Origin: a virus
Length of the DNA stretch: 64,000 nt
Strand: one strand, 5' to 3'
IMG/VR virus record: IMGVR_UViG_3300031951_000076
Span: 1 to 64,000 of that record
Positions 39,301 through 48,200 of the stretch are shown piece after piece (position 1 is the stretch's first letter; each line of letters opens with the position of its first letter). A program made the position numbers and the translations under genes. The notes under the pieces are model-generated. The model had not been told where the DNA came from, did not search any database, and worked only from the letters and a program-made list of their open reading frames with translations.

Positions 39301-39415
39301 TCATCTGCATCATAAACTGAAGAATTTGTTGTTGAGATGTTTCAGAATCTTGAGATGGTTGGTCCATTTCCATTCCATACATTGCTTTACGTAAATTGTA
39401 GTTGTTGTAATACAT
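36335..39415 (-). CDS. low-complexity Gln/Met/Glu-rich virion cargo protein (1026 aa)
   Basis: Q/M-rich helical modules at both ends, ~8 xxxGG motifs, C-terminal GQEMEVTEEELKELRRKGIKFEII. Confidence 0.7.
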   Translation of the reverse strand: MYYNNYNLRKAMYGMEMDQPSQDSETSQQQILQFMMQMKQQGFTDVQIVEELIGMGIPDDQAPGIVTAFNNQLQRQMQMKKPAGMQQQGMQQPGMQQGMMAWGGRVPRADLGMQVPMFGTGSLETLPNVENYPSYDAFKQSYDNYLNSVLTNTTTMSMEQLMDQVIAEPDTTAGAGNEETNKVIKQGNAVIVNPFSDTLDIPMPTQGTKDSIGIPTDNQINQGEQIILNDQNKTDYPWYVTGPGYLLGAYLGNKAIGYGYNKSKVPIQRRWGNVGEIDRSKLSEAELKNFKASQTAYMNEVLARGYTRGKYDINRLLENGATLEEAKEMLKDIPTKERWQEMNKTRRRPASSSSTNESESDFEIVPINEGTPTSSTSTETPTSSTSAEQENLRLPKDKETLEKQLSFLESDAGKNYYFTTNWDTNALKFEIDNDQYEIPLTEEEMKERKEIWDKWDNTPENERRANLNKNNQKIVERAIKDRKDRLSLFTSDAGTSTQTGGAETAGAETTGTETTGSTETTPKEKSKGPVAQNQKTVAELIAEAKQKGATGQFEVFNNQQEAQRIEEERVRAENEKQATENKTKEQIEQEKKDQKRRENAANYQKRQQAGKNKGKKGRRKEEGGEAGPFIPQYGDISYGANLPKYGLGSDYSVNYAYGGDVYETAGQVDNCLCPEYDCKCPPGYNVRKGREKAAADLVSQGYTEHMTPFYNDLFGYVNKGVRSDGTVSPFRALAGSVGATLAHPEVWFRKRHNIPEDVAYSNQNPYGQTPYTYNIFGREHTWYPDQYVKPIPKKERRSDDPFPSNRKLNRMQRKMDRQIQRGIKRQGDCWGGNCYENSEMTMSEDGGAYTGTWNGNQGFEDGGFYNPFQPVNPLSRFVYAEGGMTPEEAMMMQQQGAAAPEQGMPPQQGEQASQISEEQMQQVVQMVIQMMQQQMPPEQIMQNLVQQGVPEELAQQAVEMVMQQIQASQQGAGPAQPQQQAPPQQMPMGMYGGGMYAQGGMVGQEMEVTEEELKELRRKGIKFEII

Positions 39416-39425
39416 ATAATTTTAT

Positions 39426-42400
39426 TTATTGTTTCTTTGAACTATTTAAAATTTGTTCTAAAATACTTTGATATTCTGGATTTGTTTTTAAAACAAAAGC
39501 ATTATTTTTAAAATCGTATAATTGTCTATTTTTTTTGTTTAAGTTAAAATCACTTTTTAAATAATCATCAACTAATTTTCCATCAGAAGTTCTTGTATCA
39601 ATAGTAAATATTTTACCATTAAGATTAAGATTATAACTAGTATCTCTACCCTGCGCATACGCAGTTGGAAATTCTATTTTCTTTGGAACTACAACAGGTT
39701 TATATTCTGGAGTTGATTTTGTTTCTGTACTTGTTGTATTGGCTCCTGTACCTGTAGTACTTATTGTACTTGTATTAGTTGGCGTAACTGTAGTTGGTTT
39801 AGTAGATGGTGATCTATGTATACTTGGATCATAAAATTTTTCACTTATAGGATCCCACATAAATTCAAAAGGAGCTGTTCCAGTTGCTTCCTGCCAACCA
39901 TAATCACCTATTCTAAAAGCAGGTGCACCTGATCTACCAAAACCTGTCATTGCTGTAGCTGGTCCCCAATAAGCGTTATGTACAAATCTAACAGGTGTAC
40001 CTGCGAATGTCATACCTTTACCCAAGAGATTTTTTCCACTATAATTTCCTAGAATATCTCTACTAGCATTTATAATTGATGTTCCAGGTGCTTTAGCAAA
40101 TTGTCTAATACCAGCTGTTGAACCAACACCTCCCACTGGTGTACTCAAAAATCCTTGAAACCCTACGTTAGCTGCATTTAAAAAAACATTACCAGCTCCA
40201 TATAAACTAGGATCTTTATAAAAATTTTTTCCAGAAGTTACAAGATCTCTGCCTGCTTGTTCTACAACTGGTAAATTTTGAAATCCTAAAAGACCTGGAT
40301 TTTGTTTTCTATCACTTCTCTCATACATCATCGCCTCCTGTGAATTTATATCTTCACCATAATTATTATAAACAGGATTAGGTTCTCCAACTTTATTTGC
40401 AAGATATCTAGTTCCTTTTGCAACATCCATTAGTGTACCTGTTGCAATATCACCTACAAAATTTGTTACAGGTGAATACCAGGCATTTGATTTACCTGCT
40501 CCAGTAGCATTTCTATAATTATTTCCAAACTCACTTGTATTAAAGAAATTTTTTACAAAGTCATTACTATTATATAGCTTTTGTAAATTTGGTGCATATT
40601 GTTTCCAATCTTGTTCTGATGTATAACCTGCACTTCTTTGTGTAATACCTTGAACAGCATTTCTTAATCTGTCATCTGTCCAGTCACTATATTGACCTGG
40701 TTTAATTAACCAACCATCACCATAACCAGTCGCACGCAATCCGTTTTTATGAATATATTGCAAAGTTTCATTTAACTTTTGTTCTACTGGATCTCCTGTT
40801 TCTGGATTAGTTTGACTATACATTCCATATCCACGACTTGGATCGCTTTCAGGACGTTTTTTCTCAAGATCTACATTTTTATAATATGGACTATTTTTAT
40901 AAAACTCTTCAGCACCCTGTGGAATAACTACACTTGGACCAACAACTAACGGCAATTTATTTTTATCTGCAAAATTACCAGCCATTCTTTTAGAATCTGT
41001 AGTGAAAGCACCTTTTTTATTTGTTTGAAAAACATTTACATCTAATTCATCATAGTATACACAGTTTCCATCTACATTAATTCTTAATCTACCGTTTTCA
41101 TCTGGAGGACATTGAAACTCTTTTTCTTTTCTATTATACTTAGGTAATTCATCTTTACCACCATACATATATACTTCATCAAAATATTTCCCAAGTTCTT
41201 CTTCTGTTGGTTGAACATATTCAATTTCAACACCTTGTGGCGTATACTTAGGTTTACCTGTAGGAGCCATTGGATCTTCAAAATTCCATTCAAGATTACT
41301 TGGTGTTTGATAAAACGAAGGCCACGGTTTATTCATGCGCTGCTTTATCCACAATGCTTTTCTTTCTTCATAAGGAAGGTCATCAGCAGAAATAACAATT
41401 TCTTGTAATTGTTTAATGTCTTTATAATCTGGAGGTAATGTAGTTGTTGAAGTTAATTCAAAGCCATTAAATGCTTTTGGTAAAAACTTTTTTAACTGCC
41501 CACCTTGTTTCTTTTGTTCTATTGCTCCTGCTGTTTTCATTCCCAATCCTAATGTTGTTGCACCAAGCCCTATTTGATTTAAAGATTTTATTAATGCAGG
41601 CATATTAAAATCTTTTACATTAACTCCAAAAAGATAACTATGACCTTCTTTTATCATATCTTGTAATCCTTTTTCAATTTCTGGAATATCTTTTTCTGTA
41701 TAAACTCTATCTCCTTTAATATCTTTTAATTTATCAATTCTTAGTTCATTTTGTACAGCAAATACTTCTTCTTCTGGCATTCCAAAATTATTCTTTTTTA
41801 TCATTGGGCTCCAAGCTTCACCAGCAATTTCTTTTTCAGCATCTGTAGCTTCAAGTCTAATAGATCTACTGTGGGTTGTTTCATGCAGAGCATCTGTGTA
41901 TGCAGATGTTGAAGGAATATTACTAGTATATGGTGCATTTTTATTTACTAGTACAACATCATTTAAATCTCCATAACCTCTTGCTCCATATTGACCAGGT
42001 TGTTCTCCTAAATACTGTTCTATTGAAAGACTTGGATTATGTTTTAATCTATAAGCTTCATATAATTTAAGTGCTTCTGGATCATCAATAAATCTTGCTT
42101 GTTGATTAGTTACTGAAAAATCTGGAAGTTTTACAGCTCCTACTTGTCTAGGTCTAAACGCTTCAAGTTTTGCTCTATTTGCTGGAGACTGAGAAAAAAT
42201 TGTAGCATCTTGATTTGCTCTAGCAATATCTGCATCTAGTAAAGCATTTGATTCTATTTTAATAGGTTTAAATGTTGAAGGATTAAACTTATAAGCATTT
42301 TTTACAGCCCCTTGTGTAAGATATTCACCTACTCTTGGAGCAGCTTTTGCAATACCTTTAATTCCTGCACTAATAGCGGCTTCTAATAATGTACCTACCT

Positions 42401-45251
42401 CAATAGCTTTTAAAATTTTATCAGCTTCTGCTCTTTTCTTATCTATGTATTCTTGACTGTGTCCAGCACCCTCCATAAACCCTAAATCCTTTCTACGTTT
42501 GTTTACTTGTTCTGTGAACTCTCTAGCTTTTTGTTTTTCTTTTTCTGTTCTTGTATCTGGACCAATTGTTGTTCTTGTTCTTGCTGCTTGTTCCTTTTTT
42601 TGTTTTAATCTAGCAGCACCAACTATTTCAGCCATTATTCGCTCATTACTCTTAATACCTGTTTGTTGAGCAATATCACCCTGACGCATGGCTTTTTCTT
42701 GAGCAGCAATAGACATTTTTAGATCAGCAAGAGTGCCACATTGACCATTAGGTAGCTGAATTTGTGGTTCACCATTTGGACCAGGAGGACATTTGACTTC
42801 ACCTCTTGTTTGAAACTTAGGTAGTGACCCACCTTTATCATATATATTACCACCAAAAGCTTTATTTTGTTTTTCATTAATATATTGACCAACTTGTGCA
42901 GGTGTTATTTCATAATCAGATTGTATATCATAATCACTTGGCGCATATTCAGTTCTTAGTCTTCCACCAGCTGACGTATATTTGTCGTATTGATCGCTTC
43001 TTATTAATTGATTTGTTCCAGGTATACGCTTATAATAAATTCTTCCTTCTATTTCAAATGGTTTATTAAATTTATCAGCTATATCACCAACTACAACATT
43101 TTTATCCATAGCTTTTAAAATATTTTCACCAACATGCTTATTATTTATTTTAAAATCTTTAATCTTTTGGTAATTTTTTGGAGACATGTGCTTAAATGCA
43201 AATTCATTTGCATTTAATTTATAAGTATCTAAATCCCAAATATCATTATACTGAAAATACTGACCTTTATCATCTTCTCCTTTTGTTACAGTGTGCTTAC
43301 CCATGATCAAGTCTCCAAAAGGCTTAATAAAACTTTCTTCACCACCAACATGTTTTTCTTTTTCATCTTCAGGTTCAGGTGCTCCATATATTTTTACAAG
43401 TTCATCAAAATCTTCTTGTGTTATGATTATAGGAAATGCTTCTTTATAATCATTTATTTCAAAAGCACCTTTTTTATATCTAGAAGGACTAAAAGAATTA
43501 CGTGTTTGAGGTAATCCTAAATAAAGTCTAAAAGCATCATGTTCTGCAGTAGCAACTCTATCATCATAATCATTAAAAATTATTTTACCATTTTCTTTAC
43601 TATCTTTTCCAGTTAAAGCAAGCGATGCAACTCGCACTGGATCAATAGCATACCCAGCAGTTGTATTTAATTTTCCTAAGTTCAATCTTGTTTCATTAGG
43701 ATTATAAACACGTTGATCGCTAGTTATACCATATTGTTGCATTTCTTGAGCATCAGTTCCACCCCATCCTGTTGTGTATCTTTTATTACCCCACATAAAT
43801 TCTTTTTCACCTGCTCTCTTAGCTCTTTCATAAGCTCCTTCAAACGTATATTTTGAATAGTCATCAACACCCCAGTTAAAAGGATTTACATAACTAAGCC
43901 AATTTCTATCTTGTCGTTTTGGTCCTGTAACAACTACATCTTCTTCATTTTTTACAAAATCATCACCCATCTTTTCATAGTTCCCTTGCTGAAGTTGACT
44001 TTCTGTAGGAACATAGTATTGACTTGGACTAATTGTTGTTGTTTGTGTTGTTTGAAAACCAGTATATCCACCTGGTGCAAATTTTTGTTTTTGACCTCCT
44101 TTTTCTTTAAAGAAGTCAAATATATTAGATGCTTGAGGATTATTTTGTTGTTCTTGTAATTTTTCAATTTCTTTTTTAGATAAAACAAAATTCATCCTAA
44201 ACATGTCGTTCTTAGTAGGATCACCTTCAGGATTAGCTACTTCAGTTGATCTAACTTTATTTCTTAAATTTTGATATAAATTATCACCTTTAAAGTTTTT
44301 TTCACCTGTATTCCAATCGTATACATCTGTATAATAAACATCACCTGTTTGTGGATCTGTCCAGTATCTTCCTCTACCAATCGTACTTGCTAATGTAAAA
44401 CCTGGATTAGACAAACTTTTCCAAACTAATTCACCTTTACCGATTTTTCCTTTATTAAACCAATTTGTAAAATCATCTGCTGAACCATATCCTAATCCAC
44501 CATAATCTGTATATTCTGTACCTGAATTATCTAAACCAGTTCTTTTTTTAGAGTTTTGAATAACATTCCAAAGAATTAATTTTTGCTCATCTGTCAAAGA
44601 TTCATTGTTCATTCTAGCATCACCAAATACTTGTTTAGCTAACATTTGAGAAACATTCGCTGGTACAGGCATCAAATTTCTAAATGTATTTGCGCCACTT
44701 GCATCTACGTTTGTATAAGTATTATCTTTAAAACTTACTCTTTTATTTTTTGATTTAGTTTGTTTTTTATTTAGTCCTGCAGAATTTTGAATTTGTGTAT
44801 TTGTAAGTACAACAGGTTTTTGAATATTTGGTCTTGTACTTTCTGCAACAATTCTACTTTCTGGAAACTTCTTTCTTTTTTCTTCTTCTCTTTTTCGCAT
44901 TTCCATTAAAATAGAAGAAGCTGTTTGAGGTTTCATTGTGGTTGTAAATGTTGTTTTAAAACCACCTGGTTCAAAATTAGTTAATACATCTTTCTTGTAA
45001 TTTCTCTTACCATATATACCAGCAAAGGATTCGCCACCTTGTTTAGCAGGCATTAAAAAACCACCATTAAAAAATCTAAGTTTAGGATCTACACGCTGTT
45101 CAGGTTCAGAACTTTCAAAAATTCTTTTACGAAAAGCATATCCATTATCACCACCTAATTCTAAATTTGGCAATAAACTTCTTTCAGCTGTTTTTTGTTT
45201 TGTTAGCTTCTGATGATAATAGTTAGATAATATTGAATCATTTTTTTTCAT
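39426..45251 (-). CDS. modular virion cargo polyprotein (1941 aa) with an HExxH domain
   Basis: Modules delimited by xxxGG motifs; TFEGAYERAKRAGEKEFMWGNKRYTT; YNDIWDL..PFEIEGRIYY; LHETTH..EEEVFA. Confidence 0.7.
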   Translation of the reverse strand: MKKNDSILSNYYHQKLTKQKTAERSLLPNLELGGDNGYAFRKRIFESSEPEQRVDPKLRFFNGGFLMPAKQGGESFAGIYGKRNYKKDVLTNFEPGGFKTTFTTTMKPQTASSILMEMRKREEEKRKKFPESRIVAESTRPNIQKPVVLTNTQIQNSAGLNKKQTKSKNKRVSFKDNTYTNVDASGANTFRNLMPVPANVSQMLAKQVFGDARMNNESLTDEQKLILWNVIQNSKKRTGLDNSGTEYTDYGGLGYGSADDFTNWFNKGKIGKGELVWKSLSNPGFTLASTIGRGRYWTDPQTGDVYYTDVYDWNTGEKNFKGDNLYQNLRNKVRSTEVANPEGDPTKNDMFRMNFVLSKKEIEKLQEQQNNPQASNIFDFFKEKGGQKQKFAPGGYTGFQTTQTTTISPSQYYVPTESQLQQGNYEKMGDDFVKNEEDVVVTGPKRQDRNWLSYVNPFNWGVDDYSKYTFEGAYERAKRAGEKEFMWGNKRYTTGWGGTDAQEMQQYGITSDQRVYNPNETRLNLGKLNTTAGYAIDPVRVASLALTGKDSKENGKIIFNDYDDRVATAEHDAFRLYLGLPQTRNSFSPSRYKKGAFEINDYKEAFPIIITQEDFDELVKIYGAPEPEDEKEKHVGGEESFIKPFGDLIMGKHTVTKGEDDKGQYFQYNDIWDLDTYKLNANEFAFKHMSPKNYQKIKDFKINNKHVGENILKAMDKNVVVGDIADKFNKPFEIEGRIYYKRIPGTNQLIRSDQYDKYTSAGGRLRTEYAPSDYDIQSDYEITPAQVGQYINEKQNKAFGGNIYDKGGSLPKFQTRGEVKCPPGPNGEPQIQLPNGQCGTLADLKMSIAAQEKAMRQGDIAQQTGIKSNERIMAEIVGAARLKQKKEQAARTRTTIGPDTRTEKEKQKAREFTEQVNKRRKDLGFMEGAGHSQEYIDKKRAEADKILKAIEVGTLLEAAISAGIKGIAKAAPRVGEYLTQGAVKNAYKFNPSTFKPIKIESNALLDADIARANQDATIFSQSPANRAKLEAFRPRQVGAVKLPDFSVTNQQARFIDDPEALKLYEAYRLKHNPSLSIEQYLGEQPGQYGARGYGDLNDVVLVNKNAPYTSNIPSTSAYTDALHETTHSRSIRLEATDAEKEIAGEAWSPMIKKNNFGMPEEEVFAVQNELRIDKLKDIKGDRVYTEKDIPEIEKGLQDMIKEGHSYLFGVNVKDFNMPALIKSLNQIGLGATTLGLGMKTAGAIEQKKQGGQLKKFLPKAFNGFELTSTTTLPPDYKDIKQLQEIVISADDLPYEERKALWIKQRMNKPWPSFYQTPSNLEWNFEDPMAPTGKPKYTPQGVEIEYVQPTEEELGKYFDEVYMYGGKDELPKYNRKEKEFQCPPDENGRLRINVDGNCVYYDELDVNVFQTNKKGAFTTDSKRMAGNFADKNKLPLVVGPSVVIPQGAEEFYKNSPYYKNVDLEKKRPESDPSRGYGMYSQTNPETGDPVEQKLNETLQYIHKNGLRATGYGDGWLIKPGQYSDWTDDRLRNAVQGITQRSAGYTSEQDWKQYAPNLQKLYNSNDFVKNFFNTSEFGNNYRNATGAGKSNAWYSPVTNFVGDIATGTLMDVAKGTRYLANKVGEPNPVYNNYGEDINSQEAMMYERSDRKQNPGLLGFQNLPVVEQAGRDLVTSGKNFYKDPSLYGAGNVFLNAANVGFQGFLSTPVGGVGSTAGIRQFAKAPGTSIINASRDILGNYSGKNLLGKGMTFAGTPVRFVHNAYWGPATAMTGFGRSGAPAFRIGDYGWQEATGTAPFEFMWDPISEKFYDPSIHRSPSTKPTTVTPTNTSTISTTGTGANTTSTETKSTPEYKPVVVPKKIEFPTAYAQGRDTSYNLNLNGKIFTIDTRTSDGKLVDDYLKSDFNLNKKNRQLYDFKNNAFVLKTNPEYQSILEQILNSSKKQ

Positions 45252-48200
45252 TACCTTGGAGATTTCAAAAGTTTTTGATTCGATAACTTTAATATATATT
45301 TTACATCGCCACTATTAAACTTTCTCATAAACACTCTATTCACATGATGTCTAAATTTCTTACGTTCAATTACTGATTTATTATAATTAACATATAATGG
45401 ATTAATTGTATATACATAGCCATTAGCTGATGTATTAAACATAGGGATGTTTACAGGATTATACTCACCTCTATTATTTGTTATATCCCAAAATTGATTA
45501 AATCTATATTTATTTTCTTCTTTAGAAAATTGAATAGATATTGAATTAGGTGATGTATTAATCCTTGGATATGTAAGCATACCTAACGGATCGTTTTTTG
45601 ATTTTAAAAAAAGCTGTAGCAATCCTGAAATTTGTTCTGAATTATAAACAACAGCTTGATCAAAATTATCATCTAAAACATGAAATTTATCTTTACAATT
45701 ATTATGATATTTATACGCCTCAAGTAAATATTCAACACTTCTTACTGTGTTCACTTGTTGACCTGTCGCTGATATAAATTCAACTTCAAATGGATACGAT
45801 ACACCATAAAAATTACAATAGCTATTACATGTAGTATTATGATACCAAAGCGTATTATTCTTAGCTGTTAAAAAATGATTTTTTGTTGGTATTACAAAAG
45901 TAGGTACCCAATCATGAAAACTTATCCACGCTTCAGCTTTTGTATCATAACTAGCCGTCCAACTTGCATCTTCAAAATACGTTGTATTTGTAAGTGCAAT
46001 TTGCGTAGTGGCATTTAAATAAAAATTACCATCTAAATCATATGGTTCACCTGTATCAGGATGTTGGTATGTTAAAGTAACTTTAGGTCTAAAGTCTCTT
46101 TTGGAAAGATACAAAACTTCTGTGACATTATCATATATCATTGTAATACCAACACCTCTTACTATATTATCATACAATGGATAATTAGGGAACTGTAGTA
46201 ACAACTGAGATGGTAAGTACATAGAAAACCACCAACGCATACCTGTTGCTGATATTTCTTTCATTCTACCTGTATATTGAAAAACCTTACCTTGATTTTG
46301 ACTTACCCAAAATACACCTTTTGTTGTATTCACTGAAGCATATCTACTTTGATTTGATCCGTATTCAAAAGGTGCATCTGTGTTTACAATTGATTGTAAT
46401 TGGTTTTGACCAGTTTCAAAAAGCTTACCATCACCAACAGTTATCTTTGCATTTGAACCATCAAGTTGTAACTCTTCCACACCCATAAATGACAAAGGAC
46501 TTTCAGTTTGCATCATAAATAATGCACCTGTTTTATTTATAGGTTTTATAGATGTAACACGAGCTATAAATTCTTTATAGTTGTTTACCAAAAAAGCTCT
46601 CCAATTATCTTTCTTACTATCTATTTGTTGAGGTAATGAATATATAACTTTATTTGCACTATACTTATAGCAATTTGCTGAAATAAAAGGATCATAATCT
46701 CTAGGTAAAACATTACCCCATGAGATATTACTATTGAATAGTTTTGAAACACTTAATGAGTAATCATATTTATAATAGTTTCCATTCTTTATAACATCAC
46801 TTCTAAACATTCCATTATAATCAGTAAATCTGTAAAGATCATAATGTCTCTTAGAAACCTCTATTTCCCAATCTCTATATGCAGTATTTACTTCTGATTC
46901 ACAATAAAAAACTCTAACACCTGAATTAAACAAATAAAAATAACCTCTTGCAACATAAAAAGTACCCATAAATATATCGTCCAATCTTCTAAAACTACCT
47001 GCTGTTTGCCAAAGTTGCCCATGAAGAAATTGTGTGTTTGCCCAGAATCTAGGCCATGGTACATTTGCATATTTTGTGTAATCAATATCTGAACCAGCTC
47101 CTTCAAATTCACCCATTAACCATGTATTAAAAAAGAACATTGTATTCTTTTCAGAGAAAGGATTTATGTATGTATCCCCACCAAATACTGTTTCAGTTGT
47201 TCTATATTTAATAATTGTTGCATTAGGTTGAGTTATATCTAATGTAAAAATACAATTAGAAATAGGTAGTTGTTTTACTGTTTCTAACTGACCATACTGA
47301 CTTGGTAAAGCATACTTTAATGCACCATACCATGACGATATATTACTTTTAATTTGTGTTTCTAATTCTGAACGACCTGCACCATTTACTTCTGATTTAA
47401 GAAAACGACTGTTATCTGAAATTGTAGGATCAGCTATATCTGCAGCAGCAGTACCATTAGTTACATCAAGTACAACATATCTACTTCTAAATAAATTATT
47501 TATTTGATATTGTGTATTAAATTGTTGTATACCATTCCCTACATAATATGCTGAATTGATTCTTCGTCTTTGATTACCAGCAATATTATTAGGTTTTATT
47601 TGATCATAAATACCGTATGAATCATACTGACAAGAATATTGTCTATATGGTATTAAACCAATTATAAGTTTATAAAATTGCTCTTGAAGTGTCATTTGTT
47701 GATAAACAAATAAAATAAGTTGTAGAGCAACATTATAACCATTGATAGCATCATTTGCAAGATTTCTTTCTTTTGTTGTAATAGATGAGCTTGTAGCATT
47801 ATCATCACCATCAATGTTCCAAAAACCTTCACCTGTTTGTGGTGTACTAATTGCACCTCCACCTATTTGATTACTAAACGTAGTAAAAGATCCATATACT
47901 TGTGCTTGCAATCCAAAATTACCACCACTAAGAGCATCACCTTTAATTTCTAAAGGTTTTTGATGACCATAATTTACATCATAACGCTTCTTTAAAAATA
48001 TATTTTGATTAATATTTACTTCATTATCATTAGCAAAATTCCAATCAAAATCAGGACCATGTTTACCAGCTAATGCAGTAAATAAACTAGTAACTCCTAC
48101 AAAACGTGATAATAGTGTAATAAAATCACTTAAAAAATCAGAAATAAATTTAAACTTAGGATGCTTGTACGGTATCTTAAATTGACCATAAGCATTACCA

